In this document: one piece after another, positions 1 to 7,946 of the stretch
Layout: the number at the start of each line of letters is the position of its first letter
Numbering within the stretch: the first letter of the stretch is position 1
Source: Candidatus Bathyarchaeia archaeon
GTDB lineage: Archaea > Thermoproteota > Bathyarchaeia > Bathyarchaeales > Bathycorpusculaceae
Reading direction: 5' to 3'
NCBI GenBank assembly: GCA_038883795.1
Contig: JAVZLK010000033.1
Coordinates: 1-17,656 of the forward strand
Length of the DNA: 17,656 nucleotides
Position numbers and translations under genes: made by a program
The notes under the pieces: model-generated
Seen by the model: only the letters and a program-made list of their open reading frames with translations
Told to the model about the DNA's origin: nothing
The model's database searches: none

Positions 1-336
1 GTAGTCCCTGGCGCCGTGATGTGGCTGCTAACTACTAGGCGCACACATTCCCATGACACATATGACTTGATGAAGCCGCCTTTGATAACGTTCGTTCTGT
101 TACTTGTTCTTTTGGCAATTATGCTTCTCCTGAAAGTAAATTTAGTGATAACACTTAAAAGCCCAGCTATCCAAGGGCCACAAGGTCAAACTGATGGACG
201 TCAATGGTCTACCGAGCAGTATTCCCTCATGCAAACAAGTCTACAAACATTACTATTCCAAGGCCTAATACTATCCTTCTTAGGAGCCCTCATTGCAGAA
301 CTGGCAAGCAAACTAAGAAAAAGAATGACACTTTAG
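1..336 (+). CDS. Hypothetical small membrane protein (possibly 5'-truncated; start uncertain)
   Basis: Frame is open from base 1 to TAG at 334-336; two hydrophobic segments (ITFVLLLVLLAIMLLL, LLFQGLILSFLGALIA) and a basic tail (KLRKR). Confidence 0.45.
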   Translation, partial: VVPGAVMWLLTTRRTHSHDTYDLMKPPLITFVLLLVLLAIMLLLKVNLVITLKSPAIQGPQGQTDGRQWSTEQYSLMQTSLQTLLFQGLILSFLGALIAELASKLRKRMTL

Positions 337-451
337 CAGCCAACAAACCTCTTCTATTAATCATCGCTAACAGAATACGCACAGCATAGGCAAAAAATTA
401 AGATGTCAAAGAGCTTTATATGCTAATGCTTACAGGCACGGTGATGCGATT

Positions 452-1078
452 ATGAAAACAAAATTGATGTTGTTATTTCTTGTTTTCTTAGCCGTTGGAA
501 TGAGTTTTGCAATACTTACGCTGGGTCGGGGCCTGTTTATTAAGGAATGTCCTGAATGTGGCGGAGCTGGAAAGGTTACTGTTGCTTGTGACCTTTGTAA
601 TGGCACCAAAACAATAAGTCACACCCTTGCATATCAAGTGTTAGATTACTATGAAGAAAAGGTCAACGCTATTGATGGAGTTTACTTTAAAATTCATATT
701 AAGATTAAAAATACTGATAACTATGGTGGAGACTTCTCTGTAAAAGAAACTGTCAACATAGGTGGTCATGAAAGTTTCCAGACGCAGACAGTTTATCTTT
801 CATCAGGAGAGTCGAGAGAAATAATTTTTCCAACGCAAAACTGGTATTATGCTGGCTTTTCCACATATTCGCATAATTACGCAGTGACTCCATCTCAAGT
901 TTCGGTTACATGCCCAAAATGTAATGGTATAGGAACAATAACGGAAACATGCTCAATCTGTAAAGGTTCAGGATACATAGTTGACACAATAAAACTTTGG
1001 ATTTTAGCCATTTTCGTAGCTTTAGCAGTTTTAGTAATTGGTGCAAGTGCCATCACGTTAACCAAAAAACGATTATAA
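452..1078 (+). CDS. Membrane-anchored protein with four DnaJ-type CxxCxGxG zinc-finger repeats and an inserted Ig/CARDB-like domain
   Basis: GGTGA at 440-444 before the ATG; N-terminal signal/TM; CPECGGAG, CDLCNGTK, CPKCNGIG, CSICKGSG; about 100-aa beta-rich insert; C-terminal TM followed by KKRL. Confidence 0.8.
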   Translation: MKTKLMLLFLVFLAVGMSFAILTLGRGLFIKECPECGGAGKVTVACDLCNGTKTISHTLAYQVLDYYEEKVNAIDGVYFKIHIKIKNTDNYGGDFSVKETVNIGGHESFQTQTVYLSSGESREIIFPTQNWYYAGFSTYSHNYAVTPSQVSVTCPKCNGIGTITETCSICKGSGYIVDTIKLWILAIFVALAVLVIGASAITLTKKRL

Positions 1079-1270
1079 GCTTCAAACACAAAAAGTTAAA
1101 ATGCAATCCAAAATACTCAAAATGCGATGATATTTCTGTTAGTCGCTGATAAACGAAGATAGAACACTTTGGAAAAATAGAAAAAGAGGGGATTTGCGGG
1201 GGGGTCTCCATTATATTCTGTGATGGAATGCACGACTTATTATTCGGATTTATGACATAATGGCGATATA

Positions 1271-1410
1271 CTATTTCCTTTTCCGGAATATCGTGATGCC
1301 ACAAATTCTTGGACAAATTCGAAGCCTACTTCAATGAGTTTCTGCTTCTTTAACAATTTTTGCAGTTTTTGCATATACCGCCACTTGAGTGTTCACATAC
1401 TTCTTCTCGA
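1271..1410 (-). pseudogene. Degraded C-terminal fragment of an archaeal tyrosine integrase
   Basis: With three frameshifts the - strand reads ICK/TAKIVKEA/KLIEVGFEFVQEF/GITIFRKRK*. This matches the recalled Bathyarchaeia integrase tail (K-AK-V-EA-KLIE-GFEYV---DG--IFRKRK) and resembles the GW(Q/E)(F/Y)V tails of the two intact integrases in this window. Confidence 0.6.
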
Positions 1411-1633
1411 TAAATTAAACCTTTACTTTTGAAAGCCAAAAACTAGTAATAGTTCATCTTAACAATTTTTGCGGTAGTTCGACAAGACTCGAACAAGCGA
1501 TCTGTGGAATATAACCGCAAAACTCCATTTTAGCTCATAAATCAATTCATTAGGATTAACATTAATTCTGTATATGAATTAGTCCTCCGAAAAACTAATT
1601 TGCGAAAGTTGAAACATTCAGTGAAGAGAATGT

Positions 1634-2680
1634 ATGATGCAAAGTTGCATTTGCAAGTTTTTCCAAATATTTTGGTTACTGATTTCTGTAATAGTCATGT
1701 GCAATGTTATGGCTTTCTCTGCAAATTCTATAAACGACCCTTTGGTGGCGGATCAGTGGGGCTGGCTGCGAATTCACTGCGACATGGCTTATGATACTGG
1801 GTTTCATGGTTCAGGAGTCATCGTTGCAGTGCTTGATACGGGGGTTGACACAATGCATCCAGACTTAAAGGATAATTTGATAAGTGGTTATAATTTTGTA
1901 GACAAAAACGATAATGTTACCGATCTAGATGGACACGGAACTATGGTGACCGGCATAATCGCAGCTATAGCCAACAACGGCGAAGGCATCGTAGGCGTGG
2001 CGCCTGAAGTTAAGATTATGCCGTTAAAGGTGTTGACAAGCAAGGGAGGCAGCTGGATAGACCTCGATTTGGCAATAATGTACGCAGCTAACCACGGCGC
2101 GAAGATTATTACAATGAGTTTGGGAGGCAGAAGTTCACTGCTTTTTGATGCCGCTACACAAGCTGCTATCAATTTTGCTTATCAGCAAGGATGTGTTTTA
2201 GTAGCTGCGGCAGGTAACGACAATAGTAGCGAGCCCTTCTATCCGGCTGCTTACGATAAAGTTATTGCTGTTTCAGCCGTTGACCAAAGCGACAATAAAG
2301 CATCGTTCAGTAATTTCGGCAGCTACATAGATATATCCGCTCCAGGCGTAAACATTCTTTCAACAATGATAAATGGCACATATGCTTATGGAAGCGGCAC
2401 CTCGTTCGCCGCGCCTTTTGTTGCTGGCGTCGCTGCACTCTTATTATCGAAGCATCCGAATCTTACACCACAGGAAGTTGCAGAAACTCTTTACAACTAT
2501 GCAGAAGACCTCGGAGAAAGTGGATGGGACCCAATTTATGGGTGGGGATTGGTTAATGCCTATTCCACCATCACACAAACACCAATCCCGGAGTTCCCAA
2601 ACCTGTTTTCATTGATGTTACTCATGGCTTTTTTGGGAACATGGTTATACATAGCTATGAAAACTAAGTTTTACGTATAA
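1634..2680 (+). CDS. Secreted subtilisin/thermitase-like S8 serine protease with PEF-CTERM sorting signal
   Basis: Catalytic motifs VLDTG (Asp), DGHGT (His), GTSFAAP (Ser); oxyanion AAAGN; N-terminal signal peptide; C-terminal IPEFP + TM + basic residues. Confidence 0.93.
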   Translation: MMQSCICKFFQIFWLLISVIVMCNVMAFSANSINDPLVADQWGWLRIHCDMAYDTGFHGSGVIVAVLDTGVDTMHPDLKDNLISGYNFVDKNDNVTDLDGHGTMVTGIIAAIANNGEGIVGVAPEVKIMPLKVLTSKGGSWIDLDLAIMYAANHGAKIITMSLGGRSSLLFDAATQAAINFAYQQGCVLVAAAGNDNSSEPFYPAAYDKVIAVSAVDQSDNKASFSNFGSYIDISAPGVNILSTMINGTYAYGSGTSFAAPFVAGVAALLLSKHPNLTPQEVAETLYNYAEDLGESGWDPIYGWGLVNAYSTITQTPIPEFPNLFSLMLLMAFLGTWLYIAMKTKFYV

Positions 2681-2749
2681 AAATGGCAAGGATATTTTAA
2701 ACGTCACTTTGAACGTCACGCTCACTCTGCCTAAAAGGGCGTTTGGTTA

Positions 2750-4030
2750 CTATCCCGAAAACGCGAGAACAACAATTTGTCGGTTGGCTATAGTAACCGT
2801 GTTGCCTGCAAGGTTTGAGAAGAATCTGCCTTTTATAATGTGGAGTCCAGCTGTCACGCGTTCACACCATAATGAAGTGACCGAGTTGGGATAGTTGCTG
2901 CTGTAGGGAGACTGCCATGAGGCGGATGAAGATTTGTCAACTGCATCGATATTTAACAATGTTCCTTTGCCCTCAAAATATTCTGTTGCGCCAGAGTTTC
3001 CAGCAGTATAAACAACTAATAGATCGGAGTCTTTTGATAAGGTGCCAGTTAGAACCGCTTCGATATCATCAACAGGTGTGTCAAGGAGCGTTGAGGTAGA
3101 TATTGAGGATTCCTTAAACCAGAAGGTAACCAGACTTGCCGGGAAGCAAAACACAATCAATTGGCGCTCATCGATTGTCACAGTTTTTCCACTTGCCATT
3201 GAAAAGAACCTTCCTTTAACTGTGTGAGAACCAGGGGCTAAGGAAACAGCATAGACTATGGTAGCCGAGTTAGCCTTGTTGGCGGCGTATGGGGATTGCC
3301 ATTGTCTTGTTGAAATATCTGTTCCATCAATGTTTAGAGTGACACCTTTCGCAGAAGCCTCGGTTGAGCCACGCATGTTTCCTGCGTTATAAATTATGAA
3401 AGCAACAGAATCTTCCGATAGCGTAAACGTAACGGTTGCTTGCGGGTCATCCACGGGCGTAGTGGATTTAGTGCTTACTTGCACAGTCGATCTAACATAG
3501 CCGGCTACAACGTTTGAGAACCAGAAGGCTGCAATCTGCCTTGTATCAACTGTAACACTGTAACCAGGATAATTGGCGAAAAATCTGCCCTTAATAGTGT
3601 GAGGACCAGCAGTTAAGGCGGTTGCATAGGCCACCGTCACTGAATTCGCTTTGTTGTCGCCGTATGGAGATTGCCACGAAAAGGCAACATCTACGCCGTC
3701 TATGTTAATTGCACAGCCTTTACCATCATAGTCCTCCGTTGATCCTGGCTTGTTACCAGCGTTGTAAATTATTAAAATCTGAGAATCCCTTTCGAGGTTG
3801 ATGGCCAGGACAGCTTCGGGGTCATCAACGGGCGTTCCCGAAGTGGTTGAAACGCTCACCTCTGAAGATTTAAACGAGTATCCATACATGAAGTTAACAG
3901 GCGTTATAGTGACTGTTGCAGTATATGACACTAACGAAATTGCAGCTTTGTGAGGAAAGATAAAGAGAAGAATTGTGAGAAATATAGCTAACAATCTAAG
4001 ACTTATTCCACTTTGCTTCCTCTTCAACAA
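2750..4030 (-). CDS. Secreted protein with three tandem ~125-aa beta-rich repeats (putative adhesin or fibre-tip subunit)
   Basis: TTG start after AGGAG; signal peptide; three repeats sharing TPVDD, Y(N/T)AGN, NID, WQSPY, KGRFF and RQ; no C-terminal anchor. Confidence 0.8.
   Translation of the reverse strand: MLKRKQSGISLRLLAIFLTILLFIFPHKAAISLVSYTATVTITPVNFMYGYSFKSSEVSVSTTSGTPVDDPEAVLAINLERDSQILIIYNAGNKPGSTEDYDGKGCAINIDGVDVAFSWQSPYGDNKANSVTVAYATALTAGPHTIKGRFFANYPGYSVTVDTRQIAAFWFSNVVAGYVRSTVQVSTKSTTPVDDPQATVTFTLSEDSVAFIIYNAGNMRGSTEASAKGVTLNIDGTDISTRQWQSPYAANKANSATIVYAVSLAPGSHTVKGRFFSMASGKTVTIDERQLIVFCFPASLVTFWFKESSISTSTLLDTPVDDIEAVLTGTLSKDSDLLVVYTAGNSGATEYFEGKGTLLNIDAVDKSSSASWQSPYSSNYPNSVTSLWCERVTAGLHIIKGRFFSNLAGNTVTIANRQIVVLAFSG
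2753..3877 (-). repeat. Three intragenic tandem domain repeats (~375-380 bp period)
   Basis: TPVDD begins at aa 66, 191 and 318 of the 426-aa ORF; the other conserved motifs recur in register. Confidence 0.9.
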
Positions 4031-4574
4031 TTTTCTCCTTTTCCTCCTCTAACCCGCAAGCAATAGTTTCGTGTTCCGACGTGTTGTTCATCTCGGGAAC
4101 AGCAGCAGGAACAGCAACTTTACAAGCCAAATTTCTTGCATAAATCAAAAAGTCATTTATCAACATTGCGCCGAAAATCATGGCAGCAAATCCTCCATAA
4201 GCGCACACATAACGTGCATACTCCCCGAGCAGATAGTAAAGACCGGATTTTTCAACCCAGTTGAACAAAGCCAGATTAGCCGCCCACAACCCAACAAGCA
4301 AAGTGAATAAGCCAAAAACAAATCTTGCTCTGGGTGGTGGCTTTGGTTGGATTATTTTTTGTTCCAACATCGTCTCCATTTCCTTAAGAATCTTCAACAT
4401 CTCTTCATATTTAGAAAGTTGCGAATCGCTTAGCTTTGGCTTTTCTTGCACATCTGAAGTTTTTTCAGCAGTTTCAATAATTGCTTGTTTATTTTGCTCA
4501 AAGATTTCCGTAATTACCTCCTGTTTGAAGGTAGTTTCTTGAGTTTCAGCGGTCAACGTTCCTATCAGCCTCAC
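3996..4574 (-). CDS. Hypothetical membrane protein (acidic helical N-terminus, two TM helices)
   Basis: 192-aa ORF between two co-oriented secreted-protein genes, overlapping the downstream gene by 35 nt; TMs FVFGLFTLLVGLWAANLALF and YVCAYGGFAAMIFGAMLI. Exact start uncertain. Confidence 0.7.
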   Translation of the reverse strand: MRLIGTLTAETQETTFKQEVITEIFEQNKQAIIETAEKTSDVQEKPKLSDSQLSKYEEMLKILKEMETMLEQKIIQPKPPPRARFVFGLFTLLVGLWAANLALFNWVEKSGLYYLLGEYARYVCAYGGFAAMIFGAMLINDFLIYARNLACKVAVPAAVPEMNNTSEHETIACGLEEEKEKIVEEEAKWNKS

Positions 4575-4599
4575 AGTATGTTGAAGAAAAAATTGGAGC
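4575..4599 (-). terminator. Putative oligo-T terminator or attenuator after the 197-aa gene
   Basis: The - strand reads TAA-GCTCCAATTTTTTCTT directly after the stop codon, typical of archaeal T-tract terminators. Confidence 0.45.
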
Positions 4600-5193
4600 T
4601 TAGAATGAGTTTTGTGGTAGTGGCGTGTACTTGAATGTTACTGTTATTTGAGTCGTTTCGTCGACCAGATCATAGGAGTACGTTACTTTAACCAGGTAAT
4701 ATCTTGTTGTGGATACGTTTTGATGGATGTAGCCAGCGTCTCCTGGTGTTAATCCATTAATGTAAGTTTTTGTTGTTGAGCCTGTAGGGGCATCGTACAA
4801 TGTTTCGTCAGCCCAAGCTGCACCATTCCAGTATTTTACTGTTATTTGAAACTTTGAGAATTTGCTGCTGTTGATTGCTGATGTTAGCTCGATTTTCACT
4901 GCGCAGACTTGATTTGCGTCTGTCACAACCTTAAAAGCGTATGTGTTTGGATTGTTGGCGTCAAACGTTGGTTCTGCAGCGCCTCCAGGTAAGTACCTCA
5001 CTTTGTCCACATCGTTTACGTAGACAGTCCACGAATCTGATGTAGCTCCTATACTGAATTGGATCGTAGGAGTTATAGTCACCGATGCGGTATATGACAC
5101 TAAAGCTAGTGCAATCATTGTCAAGGAAGCAAGGCAAAGAACGCCTTTTACTCCCAATATTGCTCCAATTTTTCTCAAACTCTTCATTTTCAC
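4600..5193 (-). CDS. Secreted beta-rich protein, putative major fibre/pilin-like subunit
   Basis: AAGGAG(A)GTGA RBS, start GTG 5193 or ATG 5187; basic then hydrophobic signal; Thr/Val/Tyr-rich beta-strand body; no C-terminal anchor; shares LVSYTA-VTITP with the 426-aa protein. The fibre role is inference. Confidence 0.75.
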   Translation of the reverse strand: MKMKSLRKIGAILGVKGVLCLASLTMIALALVSYTASVTITPTIQFSIGATSDSWTVYVNDVDKVRYLPGGAAEPTFDANNPNTYAFKVVTDANQVCAVKIELTSAINSSKFSKFQITVKYWNGAAWADETLYDAPTGSTTKTYINGLTPGDAGYIHQNVSTTRYYLVKVTYSYDLVDETTQITVTFKYTPLPQNSF

Positions 5194-5234
5194 TCTCCTT
5201 TGGACATGAATTTTGATTTGAATTCTGAAAACAG

Positions 5235-5265
5235 TATATAAATAATTTATGAACTATTGATTCAT
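5235..5265 (-). promoter_or_regulatory. TATA box of the secreted-protein operon plus adjacent inverted repeat (possible Lrp-type operator)
   Basis: TTTATATA on the - strand at 5242-5235; ATGAA-N7-TTCAT at 5249-5265 immediately upstream, in the spacer shared with the divergent Lrp gene. Confidence 0.45.
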
Positions 5266-5478
5266 TTATGTCTAAATTGGCAGAATTGCACATTATTGAA
5301 GCCAAAAACAGACATACAACTTATTAAATCACCATTACAAGCTATAGATGGAAAAGCCCTCGGTGTGGTTTCAAATTTCTGATTCGTATTGGCATCCGAG
5401 AATCATTGAAACTTAGATTTATTAAAGCGGCTCAAGCCTGCTCAACCAAAAAATGTAAATCTAACCAGAAGAAAACTT

Positions 5479-5970
5479 ATGATTATGCTAAGCGACTTAA
5501 GGAAGAAAGTTTTGAGTGAACTTCTGCGAAATGCTAAAATAAGCGACAGAGGCTTGGCAAAAAAGCTGGGCGTCTCGCAGTCGACCGTGACACGTGTTCG
5601 CAATGAACTTGAACGTGAAGGATACATTAGAAAATATACGATTTTACCTGATTTAGGAAAATTAGGATGCGAAATAATAGCATTCACTTTTGTCAAAATG
5701 AACCCGGAGATCCAGTCTAAAATTGAAGACGTAAAAAAGTATGCTAATCAATGGCCAAATGCGATTTATGCTTCAAGGGGAGAAGGAATGGGAATGACCG
5801 TAGTCATCATCTCTGTGCATAGAAATTATACGGATTACCTTCAGAAACTAACAATTTTTAGGAAAGACTGGGGACAGTATCTTGAAGAGCTACAAAGTTT
5901 CATAACGGCTGTTGGAGAAGGCACAATAAAAGAATTTTCCTTAGAATATATTGCAGAATGTTTCCAATAA
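5479..5970 (+). CDS. Lrp/AsnC family transcriptional regulator
   Basis: wHTH motif LLRNAKISDRGLAKKLGVSQSTVTRVRNELEREGYIRKY, linker PDLGKLG, and a RAM-domain-sized C-terminus. Confidence 0.92.
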   Translation: MIMLSDLRKKVLSELLRNAKISDRGLAKKLGVSQSTVTRVRNELEREGYIRKYTILPDLGKLGCEIIAFTFVKMNPEIQSKIEDVKKYANQWPNAIYASRGEGMGMTVVIISVHRNYTDYLQKLTIFRKDWGQYLEELQSFITAVGEGTIKEFSLEYIAECFQ

Positions 5971-6130
5971 AAGTCCCAGAAGCCTAAAACTCAAACAATG
6001 TGATATTTAGGATACAAATTCTAAATGTTTCTATTAATTGCAGTTAATGGAGCATATCGACGTTATACTGTTCATCGCAGAAAAATGTTAAGAGGTTTTG
6101 GTATTTATACGTTTAATGGATGTGATGTGT

Positions 6131-6514
6131 ATGCAAGAAAAAGAAGTAGGCATTTATGAACTCGCAAAGGCTGTAAGAGAAGAAATAATAAAACTTAGGA
6201 AAGATGAGGCCATCAAAAAGGAGCCAATCCTTTATCTTGATTCGCTTGATTTAGAATTAAATGTTGTTATTTCAGAGGTAGCGAAAGGTGGAATTAAGTT
6301 CTATATAGTTTCTGCTGGGGCGGAATATGAAAAAGAGCGAATAAGCAAAATAAAACTTAGTTTTAAACCTATCTTGAGTCAAGAGGAGTTAGAGGCGCTC
6401 AGAAAATCTGGAGGAACTTTTCTTATGGTTAAAACACAGGGCATCAGATTAGCTCCAGAACAACCATTAAGGAGAAAGAAACGCCATATTCTCAATAAAA
6501 CTAAAACTGAATAA
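6131..6514 (+). CDS. Trypco2 (trypsin-co-occurring domain 2)-like protein
   Basis: GIYELAKAVREEI...LDLELNVV...GGIKFYIVSAG...KIKLSFKP fits the recalled Trypco2 pattern (helix, ELEL-V, GG-KFWVV--G, K-KL-L-P). ATG 6131 after GTGATG preferred over TTG 6098. Confidence 0.7.
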   Translation: MQEKEVGIYELAKAVREEIIKLRKDEAIKKEPILYLDSLDLELNVVISEVAKGGIKFYIVSAGAEYEKERISKIKLSFKPILSQEELEALRKSGGTFLMVKTQGIRLAPEQPLRRKKRHILNKTKTE

Positions 6515-6579
6515 TCATTTTAATGAACCTTCGTTCCCTTTTCTAAACTTTTTTAAACAGAAACTTGAAAGGTTGTTTG

Positions 6580-7887
6580 TTATTGTTTTTTGATTAGGAT
6601 TTTTTGTGAAGGCAGTACGGTAACGAACTGCCATCCTTGTGCCAAGTATTTCTCAAGCTCCTTTTCGTGGATTATCCTTTGTGGGTTATGTTTTCCCTCT
6701 CTAAGCTTTTTCAGCTCCTTCTCGTAAAGCTCCAATTCTTCATCCTTGTTTAGTTCTCTTCCAATCAGCCTTTCCTCTGCAACCTTAACGTCGAGCAAGT
6801 CTATTCCTAGAAGGCTTTTAGCCATGCTTTTCAAGGCTTCAATTTTTGCTTCCTTAATTATGCTCGATTGTTCAAGTGGTTGGGTTGCCGTGCTTAGGAA
6901 GGGCTCGCACTCTTTGTAGGCTTTACGCATGTCCTCAATCATGTCTGGTGGTAGTACGCCTTTGTTTGTGCTATAGCGGGCTTCAATGTCGCCCTTATGT
7001 CCCATAATAAACTGCAGGTATGGGTGGCTGATTTTACCTTTAGACTCGGCTATGATCATGTTTGTATCGCAGTAAGCCCTCAAAACATAAGGCCTCCACT
7101 TGAAGCCGGCCCTCAAAATGGCTTCGCGAATATCCCTCGTCACTAAGGTTGTCCTCAAAAACCTGTTCTTTTTAACCCCTCTAGGATCAAATCCCAACAA
7201 TGGAGAATCCTTACTCAATTCTTCGCCTTGTTTAACTCGCTCCTCCAAATACTCTTGGATGTAGGTTATTGTTTGCTGCGGAACGAATGTGAAGTACTGA
7301 TGCCTAGCCTTGCTGAGGCTTTTCCTTACCACGAGCATTGATGGAATTTTTGCGAATTCTACATCGTCTGGGCGGATTTCAGCCTCAACAAAGTCTCCAA
7401 GCTTGAGGCCGTCGCTTCCATCATAATTGCCTATGCTTTCAGGCCTTAAACCGCTGAAAGCCATAAGGGCTATTGAAACTCTTCCTCTTGGCGTTGCCAT
7501 CCTGAGGATTCTGTCCAGCTCTTCTTTGTTTGGCACACGCTCATCGGCTATCCTTGGCGTGTCAGATTCGCCTCTAATGTTAACCTTAAGCTTGACGTTG
7601 ATGCCATTGTAGGAAAGCCAGCTGTTAAGAACTTTCTTAAACCTGGACAGGTAGGAGCCAGCCTTACCTTCCCTTTCCATTTTCCGGATAAAGTCTGTGA
7701 AGCCGTCCCTGAAAGCCTTGGTTTTGGCGGCTTTAAGAATCGCCTTTGGATCAGTCTTGTTAAGCTCGCAATAAAAACCCAGAGTCCTAAGATACACCGT
7801 AGCGGTCACAATGGATTTAGCGGCCAAATTTTCAAACCAGCGCTTAACATCCGGGTCCTTAAGCAGATGCGCGTACTTAGCCCTCAT
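6580..7887 (-). CDS. Tyrosine recombinase/integrase associated with tRNA-Ile
   Basis: SGLR (Arg), LSKARHQY (Lys), PYVLR (YxxR), MGHKG (His), EARY (Tyr); intact 435 aa; starts 59 nt from the tRNA-Ile 3' end. Confidence 0.93.
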   Translation of the reverse strand: MRAKYAHLLKDPDVKRWFENLAAKSIVTATVYLRTLGFYCELNKTDPKAILKAAKTKAFRDGFTDFIRKMEREGKAGSYLSRFKKVLNSWLSYNGINVKLKVNIRGESDTPRIADERVPNKEELDRILRMATPRGRVSIALMAFSGLRPESIGNYDGSDGLKLGDFVEAEIRPDDVEFAKIPSMLVVRKSLSKARHQYFTFVPQQTITYIQEYLEERVKQGEELSKDSPLLGFDPRGVKKNRFLRTTLVTRDIREAILRAGFKWRPYVLRAYCDTNMIIAESKGKISHPYLQFIMGHKGDIEARYSTNKGVLPPDMIEDMRKAYKECEPFLSTATQPLEQSSIIKEAKIEALKSMAKSLLGIDLLDVKVAEERLIGRELNKDEELELYEKELKKLREGKHNPQRIIHEKELEKYLAQGWQFVTVLPSQKILIKKQ

Positions 7888-7946
7888 ATCCCATCAATTA
7901 GAAGGGAAGATGTTGCAATATTTAAGGATTCACTTAAAAATTTAAG
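7888..7946 (-). promoter_or_regulatory. Integrase-1 promoter and leader
   Basis: The - strand reads AATCC-TTAAATA, 31 nt upstream of the ATG, with TTGATGG three nt before the ATG; same layout as the integrase-2 leader. Confidence 0.55.

Larger units (their letters stand above)
1..7946 (-). mobile_element. Putative integrated element at tRNA-Ile (distal boundary not found; may be composite)
   Basis: Intact integrase abutting the tRNA 3' end, followed by accessory-type cargo and an integrase remnant; no att repeat seen. Confidence 0.4.

Noticed and set aside
452-1078. dnaJ chaperone
   Set aside because: No J domain or HPD motif, and no G/F-rich region; only the Cys-rich repeats are shared.
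1185-1210. GGGGATTTGCGGGGGGGTCTCCA as an eroded att site or phase-variable G7 tract
   Set aside because: Only vague similarity to a tRNA T-arm, and it lies in neither a credible gene nor a promoter.
1053-1316. 87-aa minus-strand ORF
   Set aside because: No motif or RBS, overlaps the end of the zinc-finger gene, and its start lies inside the integrase remnant.
4600-5193. Type IV pilin or archaellin
   Set aside because: KG-VLCL is only a weak class III signal candidate, and no assembly ATPase or TadC-like gene is nearby; a class I signal followed by a beta strand fits better.
5340-5430. WKSPRCGFKF reading as a zinc-ribbon remnant upstream of the Lrp gene
   Set aside because: Only one Cys and too short to support.
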